Shown: positions 13,347 to 25,437 of the stretch, in pieces
Layout: each line of letters opens with the position of its first letter
Position numbering within the stretch: position 1 is the first letter of the stretch
Origin: Podospora anserina
Taxonomy: Eukaryota
Assembly: GCA_017654855.1 (NCBI GenBank)
Contig: CM030332.1
Span: 3,348,001-3,412,000, forward strand
Reading direction: 5' to 3'
Length of the DNA: 64,000 nucleotides
Program-made: the position numbers and the translations under genes
Notes under the pieces: generated by a model
The model's input: the letters and a program-made list of their open reading frames with translations, nothing else
The model's database searches: none
What the model was told of the DNA's origin: nothing

Positions 13347-14244
13347 GTATGAGCGGGTTTGGCTTTTTGCATTTTGGGCATGGCGTTCGGGAAAGGGGAA
13401 ACATACCATGGGTTTGGGGCTTTAACATGATTGATGGGATAGACAGTATGGGGGATTGTAGATGAGTAGACATTTCACTCGGGTGAAGGACATAAATATG
13501 CATAATTATTGACCAGTTTCATAACATAGTGCCAGTGGCAGTGATGTGATGACGTTTGTAAGGTAGCGTTGCTCCTGCCTCGAGGGCATGGTTTGCTCCT
13601 TCCTGGGGAGTGCAGCCGTCAGGTGACTGTGGGCAGATTCTGCACCATCTATTTCTCAAGAGGATTGAAGATTGGAATCACGGCAACTTTGCAACAAACC
13701 TCCGGCTGACAACTGATCGAGACATACAACGCACCCCGGATCACGCCACCGGCTTATCCTACAGGAAAGTCCAATTCCAAACCCATGCAATCTCTCCTTG
13801 CCAGACTTGGACTCACATCTTTGTTGTTTACGTTTATTGAATTCTTTTCTGTCCCCATCCACCAACCTCCCGCTGGGGCGACGGCTATGTATGCTATATC
13901 CAACGGCAGCCTCAAGGGCGCTCGTTGTAACTGACTGATATACAAGACAGCTCGGGAAACCCGTAGCTCGAGGTACTATCTTTAACAAAGTTCATAAGTC
14001 ATAATAAGCTAACCGGTGCGTCCATCTAGGTGATTACTGGGCTGATGAGGTTGGCGTTGTGAAACGTAAATGGGGGCAGGTGTGCGGTAAGCTCTGCTGC
14101 CATGGCTGGAACGTAAACCGGCGACGATGCCTTCAAATTGGCAAAGTCGAATTCCTCCGTCAAAAAAACAATATGTTGTTGAGTCAACCGTTGATAGCAA
14201 TCCAGGCTATAACAAACAGTCACGCAAAACGTTGTGGCGGCAGT

Positions 14245-14847
14245 TCAACCACCGAGAAGTTGGGCCTTTTCTTCGTCCTTGGTCGCTCCAGAACCAGTCT
14301 TGAGCAACCTGTACAGACTATGTCCTGAGATGCTTAGGGTCATAGCCGCGCATGTGGCCCAGGGTAAGTACCCCAGGAGGATCAGGTGGGCGCTCTCTCG
14401 ACGTGCATATCCAACAAGAGCTGCAGCACCGAGAAGCGTGGTGTACACAAATAGTTGAAGAGGATCTTGGCTCTGTCGTCGCTGGGTAAACGAAGACACG
14501 GCGCAACCAAAGACCAGGCATGAGAAGAGCATCAGCCCCGGGGATGGATGAAAAAGGAAGTCATCGGTGGTGGTGGTGGGTTGGTCTGCATGCTGCTGCT
14601 GCCCTCGGTCGATCTGGACGTCGATTAGCTGGGGATCAAGAGGCTGGGCTTGGCGATGACTTGGACTGACTCTGCTGTATCCTCGATTGATATCGTTTTG
14701 AACGGTGTATTCCCAGGTGACAACACTACAGAGAGTGCCTAAGCAGATCTCGACAGTGTCAATCGCCCAGGGCCAACACCCAGGGTTCCGAAGTAAGACT
14801 GTGGGTGTTTGCGGTAGGTGGAGAGGGCAGCATGCTTCTGAACTCAT
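14245..14847 (-). CDS. Hypothetical small membrane protein (start uncertain)
   Basis: 200-aa ORF whose last ~95 aa contain three hydrophobic segments (LMLFSCLVFGCAVSSF; LFVYTTLLGAAALVGY; LILLGYLPWATCAAMTLSI) and a charged tail. Confidence 0.5.
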   Translation of the reverse strand: MSSEACCPLHLPQTPTVLLRNPGCWPWAIDTVEICLGTLCSVVTWEYTVQNDINRGYSRVSPSHRQAQPLDPQLIDVQIDRGQQQHADQPTTTTDDFLFHPSPGLMLFSCLVFGCAVSSFTQRRQSQDPLQLFVYTTLLGAAALVGYARRESAHLILLGYLPWATCAAMTLSISGHSLYRLLKTGSGATKDEEKAQLLGG

Positions 14848-15964
14848 GGAGACAGCAATTGGCTAACTTGGGAATAGAATGAACTCTGAGATCGGTAAGT
14901 GCCGAGGACTTTGATGGGTCTTGTTCTCGGAATTGGCACGAGGTCTCCCAGAACAAAACCCCAAAATCAACCTCAAATGCCTGGGTTCTTCTTGACTATT
15001 ATACGAAAGGAACACCGGAGGTTTCTGCATCATTGATACCTTGCTACAAGGCTGGGACCTCGTCAAACAAATGCTGAAGCGCCGTACGGGCTACCTGAAA
15101 TCCAGTTCCCTGCCTTTCCGGTATTGATGCTTCGCATCCATCGGATATCATCACACCAAGTGCGGCTCACCAGACTCATGCACCAACATCCACGCCCGAG
15201 TGGTTGCATTCTTGTCCCTCAATCTTATTCCAATCCAGTAACGATAGGCGAGAAGTGCGCGGGCTCTGATTCAGAGGCCTCTTCGTGATGCCGCGTGTGC
15301 ATGAGCAGCAAGGCGACCACATGCTGCAGGAAGAGATGCCTCACCATGGCGAGGCTGACCTCCAGGCAGACAGCTCTCACCGAGACTACGGGCCAATCGC
15401 CCCCCACCATTATTTTGAGCCTCACCAGGCGAACCACCCCGCGCACCATCTCAAGCATGCGAACCGAATTATCTGACGCTTCAGAGAAGCTCAAAGAGGT
15501 ACCGAAACGCTCCCTTTTTTTGTGCCCGCGTGGGTTTCGTCTTCATATCAAGGAAGCTGAGCGAGTTTGCATGTAAGTGCATCCATACATTCTTGTCGGA
15601 TTTGTTGCCATTGGCGCCCCCCGCATCTTTTGGCGGCCTTACTTATCTGCAACGTTCACTTCGACTACGTGGTGAGGCGAAGCTGCGCCATCTACAGGTA
15701 GAGCTAGCTATCAGAGCTTGGTATTTGGAAAACGCTACTAAGCTCCCCTCGTAGGTGGGCGGTAAAAAGTCCAGGCCCTCCCCTTCAGACCGTCAAGCAT
15801 TTTTTCCCCCTCTCGTCTCTGGATTCTGTTTATTCGTATACACTGCAACCAACTCGCCCCAACATCGCCCCTTTTCTTTCTACACCACCTCGCGATCTCG
15901 CCAGACATTAGGCAGCAAAGGCCATAGGAGCTTTCAACCCTCATCCTATTGCCACTTCTGCACG

Positions 15965-16860
15965 ATGGAGCGCCCCGGTTTTCCCCATGGGCAGCTGCCT
16001 CCACGAGCGCGAGATCAAGATGTTCATAGTAAGGCCAAAATCTTGTCCTGCGGTGGCATGATTGGCACATCTATTCTTTTCCCCTTGGCCAACGGCGAAG
16101 GGAACTCCTTCCGTACCATGTGAGTAAAACTGTGTAGGCCATACGATAGAAGATACTAACAGAGTCACAGCACACTCATTCTGTTCATCATCACGGCTAT
16201 TGCGTTCCACGCAATCTATACAGAGCCGTTCATTAGGTACTTTTGTCCACGACTGTCACGCCGCACGTGTTTTTTCTCTAACAATCATCTAGATCTGGAC
16301 CTTCCACGGCCCCAGTTGCCTTGGTCCTATTATTGCTTGTTGTCATTGCCGCAGGCCCTACTAGGAAGGACCTGGTGCCTTGGCTTCCGCTCTTCGTAAC
16401 AGCCTGGAGTCTTGTCACTCTTATGATTAACAAGCACATGGCAACCGCGTCACCACACCTGTCAATATCAGCCGACTATCCCTTTACAGGCGTCACAATT
16501 GGAGCTGCAACGGAGCGGTCCTTCCGGTCCATGTCCAGTCAGGACAGGCGCCAGCCCCAGTTTGAATCCAACCGCCAAAACCCATTGTACTTTGGACGAC
16601 ATGGTCCACCCTCCAGGTATTCCCAGAGGACAAGCACAATGAGTTCAGACATTTCTCTTTCCAGCATGCCAGCGCAACGCCAGGAGTACTGGGATCCTCA
16701 CACCCAGGCCTTTTTTGACAATCAGGAGATGCAGGAACTTGCCCGGGATTTGCCAGAGCCCACTCTTCCCAGGACTCAGCATGACCAAGAGAGTGACTTG
16801 AACACAGAAACTGAGACTCAGGCGTCAGAGACGGCCCGCTTCTTGCTTGGTCGTCAATAA
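15965..16860 (+). CDS. Hypothetical membrane protein, 3 exons
   Basis: Splicing at GTGAGT (16120)..CAG and GTAC..TAG joins MERPGFPHG.. / TLILFIITAIAFHAIY / VALVLLLLVVIAAG..DLVPWLPLFVTAWSLVTLMI into one frame with 3-4 TM segments and a polar C-terminal tail. Confidence 0.6.
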
Positions 16861-17874
16861 ACAGCCGCGTGCTCTGTTTAGTCACAGCTTGTTTATCTCT
16901 TTGGTTTCCTTCTTTGCTTCTTCTCCGTTTCTACATTCTTCACGCCAGGTCCGGGCCGGTTTTACCTACCCTGGCAATCCACACCGTCCGCTGGAATCAA
17001 CCGGATGGATATACACTAATAATACCTTGAACACAAGGCCAAGGACATAGCAACACTTTCATCCCCGAGGCCTATCATCCCTTTCACATCACGGACGGCA
17101 CGATCATCGACATATTTGTGGGATGTACCAAAAGCTGTCCCGCCAATCCACACCTTCTGAAGTTTGCCGGGTCTTTTACTGTACTCGGGCTCTTCCTTGC
17201 ACGATAGATTGGGTGGCTTTGTCATATCCCTCCTCTCTCGCCGTCTCAACCATCACCATCCCGCACACGTACATGCACATGGCACATAAGGTCTGACACC
17301 CGAACATATCACCATATTGCCTATACAACTGGTTCCGGTGTTAGAGTACGACGACGAGCGTTTTTCTGTCGCATAGGAGGTAGCCATGATTTCCTGTCCC
17401 TTGAGCGATATCATTCCCCCCATTTTTTTCATTTACGGTGTTGCCTCTACATAGAGAGCATGGGCGGGAACCACAGCCATGCGGGATCATTTATTATACG
17501 TTTTGAGGGAAAGGGAACAGTTCAGTTTTTCTTTTCATCAACATCATCAACATCAACTTCATCAACATCATCAATATTATCATCAACAGCGAGCGGCACC
17601 CCAAACAAACAACAACAACAAAAGTTTTTCAGTGGACGTCTTGTCAAAAACATGAGACGCAATCCACGCTTCGACCGATCGACACCAATTATCTCGGACA
17701 CGAAGAACAACATGGCATGGCATGAAATGACACCAACCCTAATGAAAGGGACAAATCGTTCCCAAATAATTTTATCATGATGAAAATCTCAAGAAAGAAA
17801 TCTTGTATATAGAACATGCCATGAACGGAAACAGAACCTTGTATATAGCTTACAGACATCAGCGGGGGTACACC

Positions 17875-17875
<1 letters not shown>

Positions 17876-17920
<45 letters not shown>
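17876..17920. repeat. (CA)n microsatellite
   Basis: About 22 perfect CA units. Confidence 0.95.
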
Positions 17921-17922
<2 letters not shown>

Positions 17923-18632
17923 AAGGCAACACGGAAAAGAAGTGTGTGTGTATATGGTTCTCTTTTTGTCAGGGGAAAGGGAGAAACCCACCGCCTCGGT
18001 TCTTGTTTTCAATCTGGAGTTAACGACTTTGATCGGCTCAGGATTGTTTAAATCCTCCCTATTGGAGGTGGTGATTCGACAGAAGGAACTCACCTATACG
18101 ACGAGCCCTGCCTGGTGCGATCATTTCGCCCATAAAAGGAAGCCATCCTATTGATGGATCAAAAGGCAGAGAACCACAGATGATATCATTTGCCACAACC
18201 CCGTTTCCTGATACAATCAATCCCTCGCTGGTGCCGGGGAAGGGAAAAAATGGGGGGAATGTATATAGCTCGGTCGGTGTATTGAATACAATACAATAAA
18301 GCAATAAAACGTACTCTAAAAATTCACGACATTGAACTTGGTTGCAATTGTTTTTGGTAGATTTAATTTGGGGGATAGATAGCCCTAAGACAGGACAGTC
18401 AGGTGGTGATGATGAACTCCCATAACCTAAGATGTTTTTCTTCACCAAGGTGGACTGACTTTAAGCCTCCCATGGGCTTTGCTTGAAGAGAGGATTGGAT
18501 TATATCTCTTTAAACAAGCCAATGAAGCGGCTTAATATCCACCCAGGTTAAGAAAAGAAAAAACCGTCTTGGATATTTGGGGGAACCATCACCAACACTT
18601 TTTTTTTTTTTTTGAGCAAGACTAAATAAAAA

Positions 18633-20615
18633 CTAGAGCCTGAAACTCTCCCTCACCGCCTCGCCCAACCGCCTGATAGCCTCAGTCATATTCCCCGGCG
18701 TAGCAGCCGCAAACGTAGCCCTGAAGAACAGCCCCGTCGGCGCCACCTCCTGCTGGGCACGAAACCAACTCCCCCTTGCGATGAGCACTCCCTTGTCGAT
18801 ACAAGACTCGAAAATCTCTTCTTCAATCTCGAGAATAGATTTTGTTCTCGAGTCCGGGTGGAGGGTGTGGTCTAGGTGGAGCCATTGCTGTCATATATCA
18901 GCGACTATACCAAGGGTAAAGGGGGGTAAAAAAACAAAAAGAAAAAAAAAAAAACAACTCACAAACATGCCCGCCCTCACAACACCCCAACTCACCACCT
19001 CTTTGGGTAAATACTCCTCGCACGCCTTGAAGAGCGTGTTCCTTCTTTCGGTGTACTCTCTCTGCAGCACCATCAACCACTTTAGATACCCCTCGTGACC
19101 CCACGTCTCGTCGAGTAGTTTATGTAAAATGACCTGAGAGAACCCGCTGGGTCCCTGGTTGGCGACTTCGGCGTGTCGGAGGAAGCGCTCGACGAGTTGG
19201 TCTGAGGCGGTGAGCCAGCCTAGTCTTGAGCCGGGGACTAGGACTTTGGAGAAGGAGTCCATTCTGATGACTCGCCCGTCCGTGTCCATGCTTAACAAAG
19301 TTGGGAGGAGGGAGTCGAGGAAGTCGGTTGTGTTGGAAGGGGCAGGGGTAGGGGTTGGGGTGATGGTGGGCGGGAGTTGCAGGTAGTAATATGGTTCGTC
19401 TTCGATGATCACCAGATCGTGCTTGGAGCAGATGTCGTAGATTTGCTTTCTTCGCTCTGGGCCTTGGGTTGCTCCTGTTGGGTTCTGACCGGATGGCACC
19501 GTGTATAAGACGTGTGGTTTTCGCTTGTTGTCCCGTTCGGAAGGGCTCCATGTTGAGAGGATGTGGTCTAGTTCGGAGGGGATAAGGCCTTGCTCGTCGA
19601 TGGGGACGCCAAAGGTGGGGATGCCCAAAGGGTGGGCTGTTTCCAAGGCCGTTGCAAAAGAGAATTCTTCTGTGAGAATGGAGTCGTTTCTGGAGGAGTC
19701 GCAGAGCATGCGGAGGGTTTGCTCTAAAGCACCGGTCGAGCCGACGGTGAGGCAGGTTTTCCAGTCGGCGTAGGGGGGGTTGGAGACGAGTTCCGTGTGT
19801 TCGGTTACGAAGCGGATGAGTTGGGCCGAGCCATGTGCTTGAGCGTAGTTGAGTGAGATGGAAAGGTCGTATTCTTTTTGGACTGGGGCTGAGGGATGGG
19901 TGTCGTATTTGCCGATGGTGATGTCTTGGAAGGCGGGGTGGACCTCTGGGGGCGAGAGAGTTGGGTTGTGAAGGTAATCTGGGACGGAGAGGGAGATGGA
20001 GTTGATGGGGAAGTACTCTGGGCACGGAAGGCCACCGCCGAGTGAGATGATGCCAGGGGTTTTGAGGTGGCGGGCAGCTTGTTTGAGCTTGCATGGTTCG
20101 CGGATAGAAGCTTCGTAGGAGAGATGATCTGTTTCACGTTAATAAACGTTCCAAAGTTGGTGAGGGGGGGGGGACATACGGCTCATATCCTTTGCCATCG
20201 GCTTTCCTGATGACTGTTGAAGCTATGTCAGCTTGACAATAAATAACGGTTCATGAGTGGCACTTACATCCCCCTTGAAAACCCCTGAATCACACCCCGC
20301 CGCCGTCGGGGCCACCAACCTCCCTGCCCTCCTCCTCCTCTCCAAAATCTCGCCAATAGTCACCCTCTTATTCTTCGTCGGTGTCTCTGGGATATCTGGC
20401 AACTCAACCTCAGGCAGAGGTGAAGGGCCACCAATCACCGTCGCCTCGGCAGCCGAATCTAACTTTGGTCTGCTGTGAAATGATGCCTGTTGGCCATTGT
20501 TGCTTTGAGCTTTCTTATAATTGTTGATGAAACCCGGCCGAGACGTCAAACCCCAACTCCGAGACCGGGGCACCACAGCAGCGGCCCCGGAGCCGAGACA
20601 GGCAGCTCTCCGCAT
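18633..20615 (-). CDS. PLP-dependent aromatic amino acid / 2-aminoadipate aminotransferase (Aro8-like, class I/II)
   Basis: ISLGGGLP, LNYAQAHGS, LYTVPSGQNPTG, IIEDEPYY, PLP-lysine motif DSFSKVLVPGSRLGW, FFRATFAA; GT-AG introns; start codon uncertain. Confidence 0.92.
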
Positions 20616-21262
20616 ATTTGTGTTCCGTTCCGGTTGCCGTGCCAAGGACCGGGATTGTGTGTGTGTGTAAGTGAGATAGATGTCCGAGAGTACCAGGGTT
20701 GATGATGCAGAACAAAAAACAAAAGAGCTTCCAATACAAAACCAATATCACTATTTATTTGAGAATGGTATCAACAGAAGATAAGAAAGAGATATATCTT
20801 GATGGAGCACGACTGTGCAACGTGTATGTAGCGTCAGTGATAAGCACCACCGGGACACGGCGGGGTCGAACTAACAACGGCTACCTTCGGGTCGAGTCAC
20901 CCATCCCGGCCCGCAACAAAGCTTACCTGGCCGTTCCGTTGTCCACAAAACTAACAAAAGAAGGGAGGATAAGGATGGCTCACTGACCGCTCCTTGTGAC
21001 CTGTCTGTACGTAATTAGCTTTAGTCGGGATAGTCCTCATCGGATGCCGTTCTCCAGAGTTATGCAAGATATGCATATAACAGTCGAGATGGGATGAGAT
21101 GGCACGGATGGGATGAGATGGAAAGACACATCATAGATGAGTAAAAATCTCATAAATCATATTCATACAAAATCCCTGTAGAGGAAGAAAGCATGCCGCT
21201 GAGTGAGACAGTCTGATATATACCATAACCCAAAATCAAAACCCCGATCCCCATACCTGATA

Positions 21263-23051
21263 TCAAGCCTTCTTGGCCTCCCAGAACCCAACCTTTACAC
21301 CATCACCCGGTTGCAGCACAATCTCGGCCCTCAGGCACGGGTTGCCACCATCAATCTCACCCATGTAGTTGTCCAGCCTCTCGTACTTTTGAAATAACCT
21401 GGTCAACACGTATGCCATCTCGGTCAGCGCAAACTGCTGCCCGATGCAGATTCTCGGACCGCCGTTGAAGGGGATGTACTGCCATGGCTTGGGTTGCCAG
21501 ACGGACCATCGATCTGGGCTGAAGACATCGACTGGGGCGAAGTTGGCGGATACGGGGGGATAGAGGTCTTCACGGCGTTGCATTACGAGAGTGGAGTAGG
21601 CGATGGGTGTATCCTTAAGGACCTTGACTGGAAGGGAGCCATCGGGACCGCCTCCACGGGGGAGGGTGGTATCTTTGAGCGCGAGACGGACACTGAGCAC
21701 GAATTGTCAATATAATGTTCAGGTATAGAATAGGGGGGGGGGGGGTTACTAACTTGAAGGGCACAACAGGATACAACCTCAGTGTCTCGTTCATGACATT
21801 CTGAAGGTACTTCATCCCCTTGAGATCCTCATAAGTAGGCGCACGAGTAGGACCAACCACACGCAAGATTTCCTCTCTCAACTTCTTGAGAGCTTCAGGG
21901 TGGCGAGCGAGTTCGTAGATGGTCCAGGACAAGGTGCAAGCGGTGGTGTCTCTTCCGGCCAACAGGACAGCAATAAGTTGGTCCCTGAGAACTTGACGAT
22001 CACGGGTGAATCCAGCCAGGGCATGCAGGAAGGTATAACCGGCGTCAGACTTGCTGGCGAGGTCGTTAGGGTCAAGACGGAGGGTCTGCTCGATGTACTG
22101 GTTGATGAAGGCGTTGATGATTTTCATGCCCCTGCGGAAGGAGCCACGGGGGACGAAGACGTTGAGGGGCCCAGCACGGCTAATGATGGACTGAACTCTT
22201 TGGACTTCGGCGAAGGCTTCGGCGAATTCTTGGCGGGGGTTGCTACATTTCCATCATATATCAGCCCCTTGTCCAAATGGAAAGGCTTAATCTGTTAAAG
22301 CATACCTGAGAGACTTGACATCCTTGCCCAACAGGAAATCTGTCGCCGAGTCAAGTGTAAACCGGAAGAACAAATCGCTGATATCAACTGGCTTCCCATT
22401 GCCAGCCTCAAGATCCACATGCTGTCCCTCGCCATTGAGAGCTCCTCCGTTCGCAATAGCCCGGAAGAGAGTCTGCATGTGCTTCTCAAACACGTGCAGG
22501 TCGCTGACACGGTCTTTGATGAACTGAGGTCTGATCAACTGTCGGCTGCCATGCCACAAATCTCCATCGGTAGTGAAAATGCTGTCGCCCAAAAAGGCCT
22601 TCCACTCCCTGTGGAAGGGCTCGCCCTTGCCATAATCACCGAACTGGGTTGCCAGGATAGCTTTGATGTTCTCGGGGTCGCAGGTCATGACCACGCGGCG
22701 GCCAGCAATACGGTTCTCGACGGTTGATGAGTTGGCTTGTACAAAGAGGGATTTCCACATGGGGAGGTTCTGGTAGTTCATTGAAGCCTTGACGCTGCGG
22801 TAAATAAAATCGATACCTGTGTTGGTTAGACATGACATACACAGTACCTGGGACCGAGGAGACATCTTACTGAACGGCAACTTGGAGGGAATCCTTGGTG
22901 GCCTTGCGCCAGTCATCCGGGCAAGCTTGATTTCCTGCCATGCAGGCCTCAAAACTAGCCACCAAGCCAGATGTGCCAGAAGCAGTGCTGGTCCGAGGAT
23001 CAACACTGATTTAACCGAGACATGCTCGATAGCTGTTTCAACGAGTCCCAT
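21263..23051 (-). CDS. Cytochrome P450, CYP52 clan (alkane/fatty-acid hydroxylase-like)
   Basis: N-terminal anchor, DPENIKAILATQF, LGDSIFTTDG, AGRDTT, ETLR, PDRW, heme motif PFNGGPRICIG; three introns. Confidence 0.95.
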
Positions 23052-25328
23052 CTTGGTGTTGAAGAAAGCACAGAAGCCAACGAAGAAACGACACCCCGAA
23101 CTAGCGGGTAGAGCAGATAACTCCCCTCAGTATCTGCGTCCTCAGAGAAGACGAGTAGAGGGAAGTAAAAACAAACAGCCGCCCGCGACCAAGAACGGCT
23201 CACCGGTTGGACTCGGCTGCCGCCGTATATAAAGCCAGGTTTTCGCCGCAGGGGTCAACAGTTGTTGAGCAACCAAAGCAGCAGATCAACACGGTCCCTA
23301 GAGGGTACAACCGTATGCTGGCCGTATGATATGCGTCCGGTACGAGCGTGTATGTGGTGATATATGACAATGACGGCAGAGACAAGAGTGTAAGCAAGTA
23401 GTGTGGGACACCAGGAGAAGTGCAGCTCCCTTGCTCTTTATTCCATCTGATTTTCCAACAGACAGAAAAAATCCTACCTCCCCAGGGAAGCAGGCGCGGG
23501 GGGCGGGCATAATTTCCATCCGTTGTTCCGAAATCCGTACGTAGGCGAGCCTCTGAGGGGTTCAGAAGAAGTTGGGAAAGAGCCAAGTTCAGTTGGCATT
23601 CATTGTCTGTGACACACCTAGCTCCACCCCAAGCAATGCCTACAGTAGCATCCTGGCGTCTGCGCACAGAAAGGGTCGGAATCAAGCCGACCAGCAGACC
23701 TCTCTCTCCGCTTTCTGCGGCCAGCATTGCGATGGCGGTACAGCATCGACCTTTGCGCACGTGTGGCCCGTATCCTGACCTCTCTTCTTCTTTGAGTCCA
23801 AACAAAGAAGCCATATCCCAAGCCTCGGCTAGCTGAAGAGAAGTTCCAAAAAGCTCTCCGATCCCATGTTTTCCGCCTTTCTCGAGACAGAGCAAAAAGA
23901 CCCCGTTCCTGGCAGGCGGGTCGGGGCCAACCCGCGCGTCATCTGTTGGGGGGGTGTTCGGGGGACTAATCCCAAGGCAGACAGGGCCGAGGCTCCTTTC
24001 TCTTGACAAGACCTGCTAAAAGGCGGGGGAAACGGCCAGTTGTGGGGTTGCATCTTGGGACGTTGCGGATCGTGCGTGATGCATCAAGTGGCGTGGTTTT
24101 TTTCCTGTCGAAAGTGCATATCGAAACATACACTTCGTCGTCTGGATCTTTGTGGCAGACGTGAGTGGTACGGGCGGAATACAACCTACGGCAGTTAAGC
24201 TCACGGGAGACGAGCTCTCGGGAGCAACCCAGGAGGTGGAAGATGGCACAAGAAATCGCGTGGCTCGGATCCGGTGCGCGATTGGGGCGGTGTGGTCCAT
24301 GTACACTGTATATAGTGTAACGGTGAGACCAGTTGTGCATAACACGAGCGAACTGTCGGTTCTTGTGGTTGTTGAAGATTTCCAAAATGTTCTTCTGTTC
24401 GGTCGTAACAAGGTGCTGACGTGAAGATGGGTTCCACCCCCGCAAACTGCCAAACAGCGCTAACCTTGCCACTATCTACCGCAGAAAACCCACTGATTCC
24501 GGCAAAGGCTAACCCTATTAGGGACCGTTGTTGGCCGCATGTAAGTGACTTCTTGCAAAACTGCCGTCACTGCAATCAACCTCACTCGGCCGAGTGTTCA
24601 AGACTGGATTTCATAAGGGAGACTTCGCTATAACTGAATTGTCTAATTGCATTTGCAAACTCCGCATTGTTTCTGAGCTATCTCCTGCCAAACTCAGGGG
24701 CACTCAAACATTCCGATTCTCAGTGTCACTCTGACATTCCCATAGCCAACAAAGCTCACCAAATTTGGAGAAGCTCTCTCAAGAATTCACATGAAAGTAC
24801 CTTATACCCTTCCTCGGTCTGCCCTGCATTTTCCCCGCAGCCAATATACGGCTGAGCACTCCAAATCCAATCACAGCTTTGGCTCTGCATCAGGTAAAGA
24901 CCAGCAGACACAAGCTCTTGGGAGGACCAAAAATTTGCGTCAGATGATGATTTTATACTTGTAAACTAGCTGCAGCTATCCAGCTGGGCAAACAAACAGA
25001 CGATCCCTCGGGGTTGAGCCTGCAAGCTGAACCGTAGTCCGTCTTGGAAGGTTGAGTTGTACTACGCAGAGAAGTCTGAAGGGATCCTTATCTTGGACCT
25101 TTATACCACGCTAGTAACAACTAACACTCTCGAAAGACGCAAGGACGCCCCTCGACTTCCGTTCTGCGCAGTCGTTACTTCTTGACACCTTGACAACATG
25201 GTTCCCATTTCCATAACAATACTCACAATAGTAAAATATATACACTACTTCACCGGCCAAGATCATCCCATATGGCCGAGATGGAACTTGCGGAACAATC
25301 CCGACTTATACGGATCTGTCCCGACTAA

Positions 25329-25361
25329 CACCACCACCACCACCACCACCACCACCACCAC
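25329..25361. repeat. (CAC)n trinucleotide repeat
   Basis: About 10 CAC units downstream of the hexosaminidase gene. Confidence 0.85.
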
Positions 25362-25437
25362 AGCACCAACATAGCCAAGCCACAACTCCAACCGCATTAA
25401 ACTCGAAACTCCCTAGCAGACACACCTCACCTCAGCC

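Noticed and set aside
13610-14223. Short ORF fragments downstream of the GH16 gene
   Set aside because: No identifiable domain; could be a relic but unsupported.
15225-15576. Short overlapping ORFs between the two membrane-protein genes
   Set aside because: No consistent splice model or recognisable product.
23200-24472. ORFs upstream of the P450 gene
   Set aside because: No motifs; the region looks like promoter/intergenic DNA.
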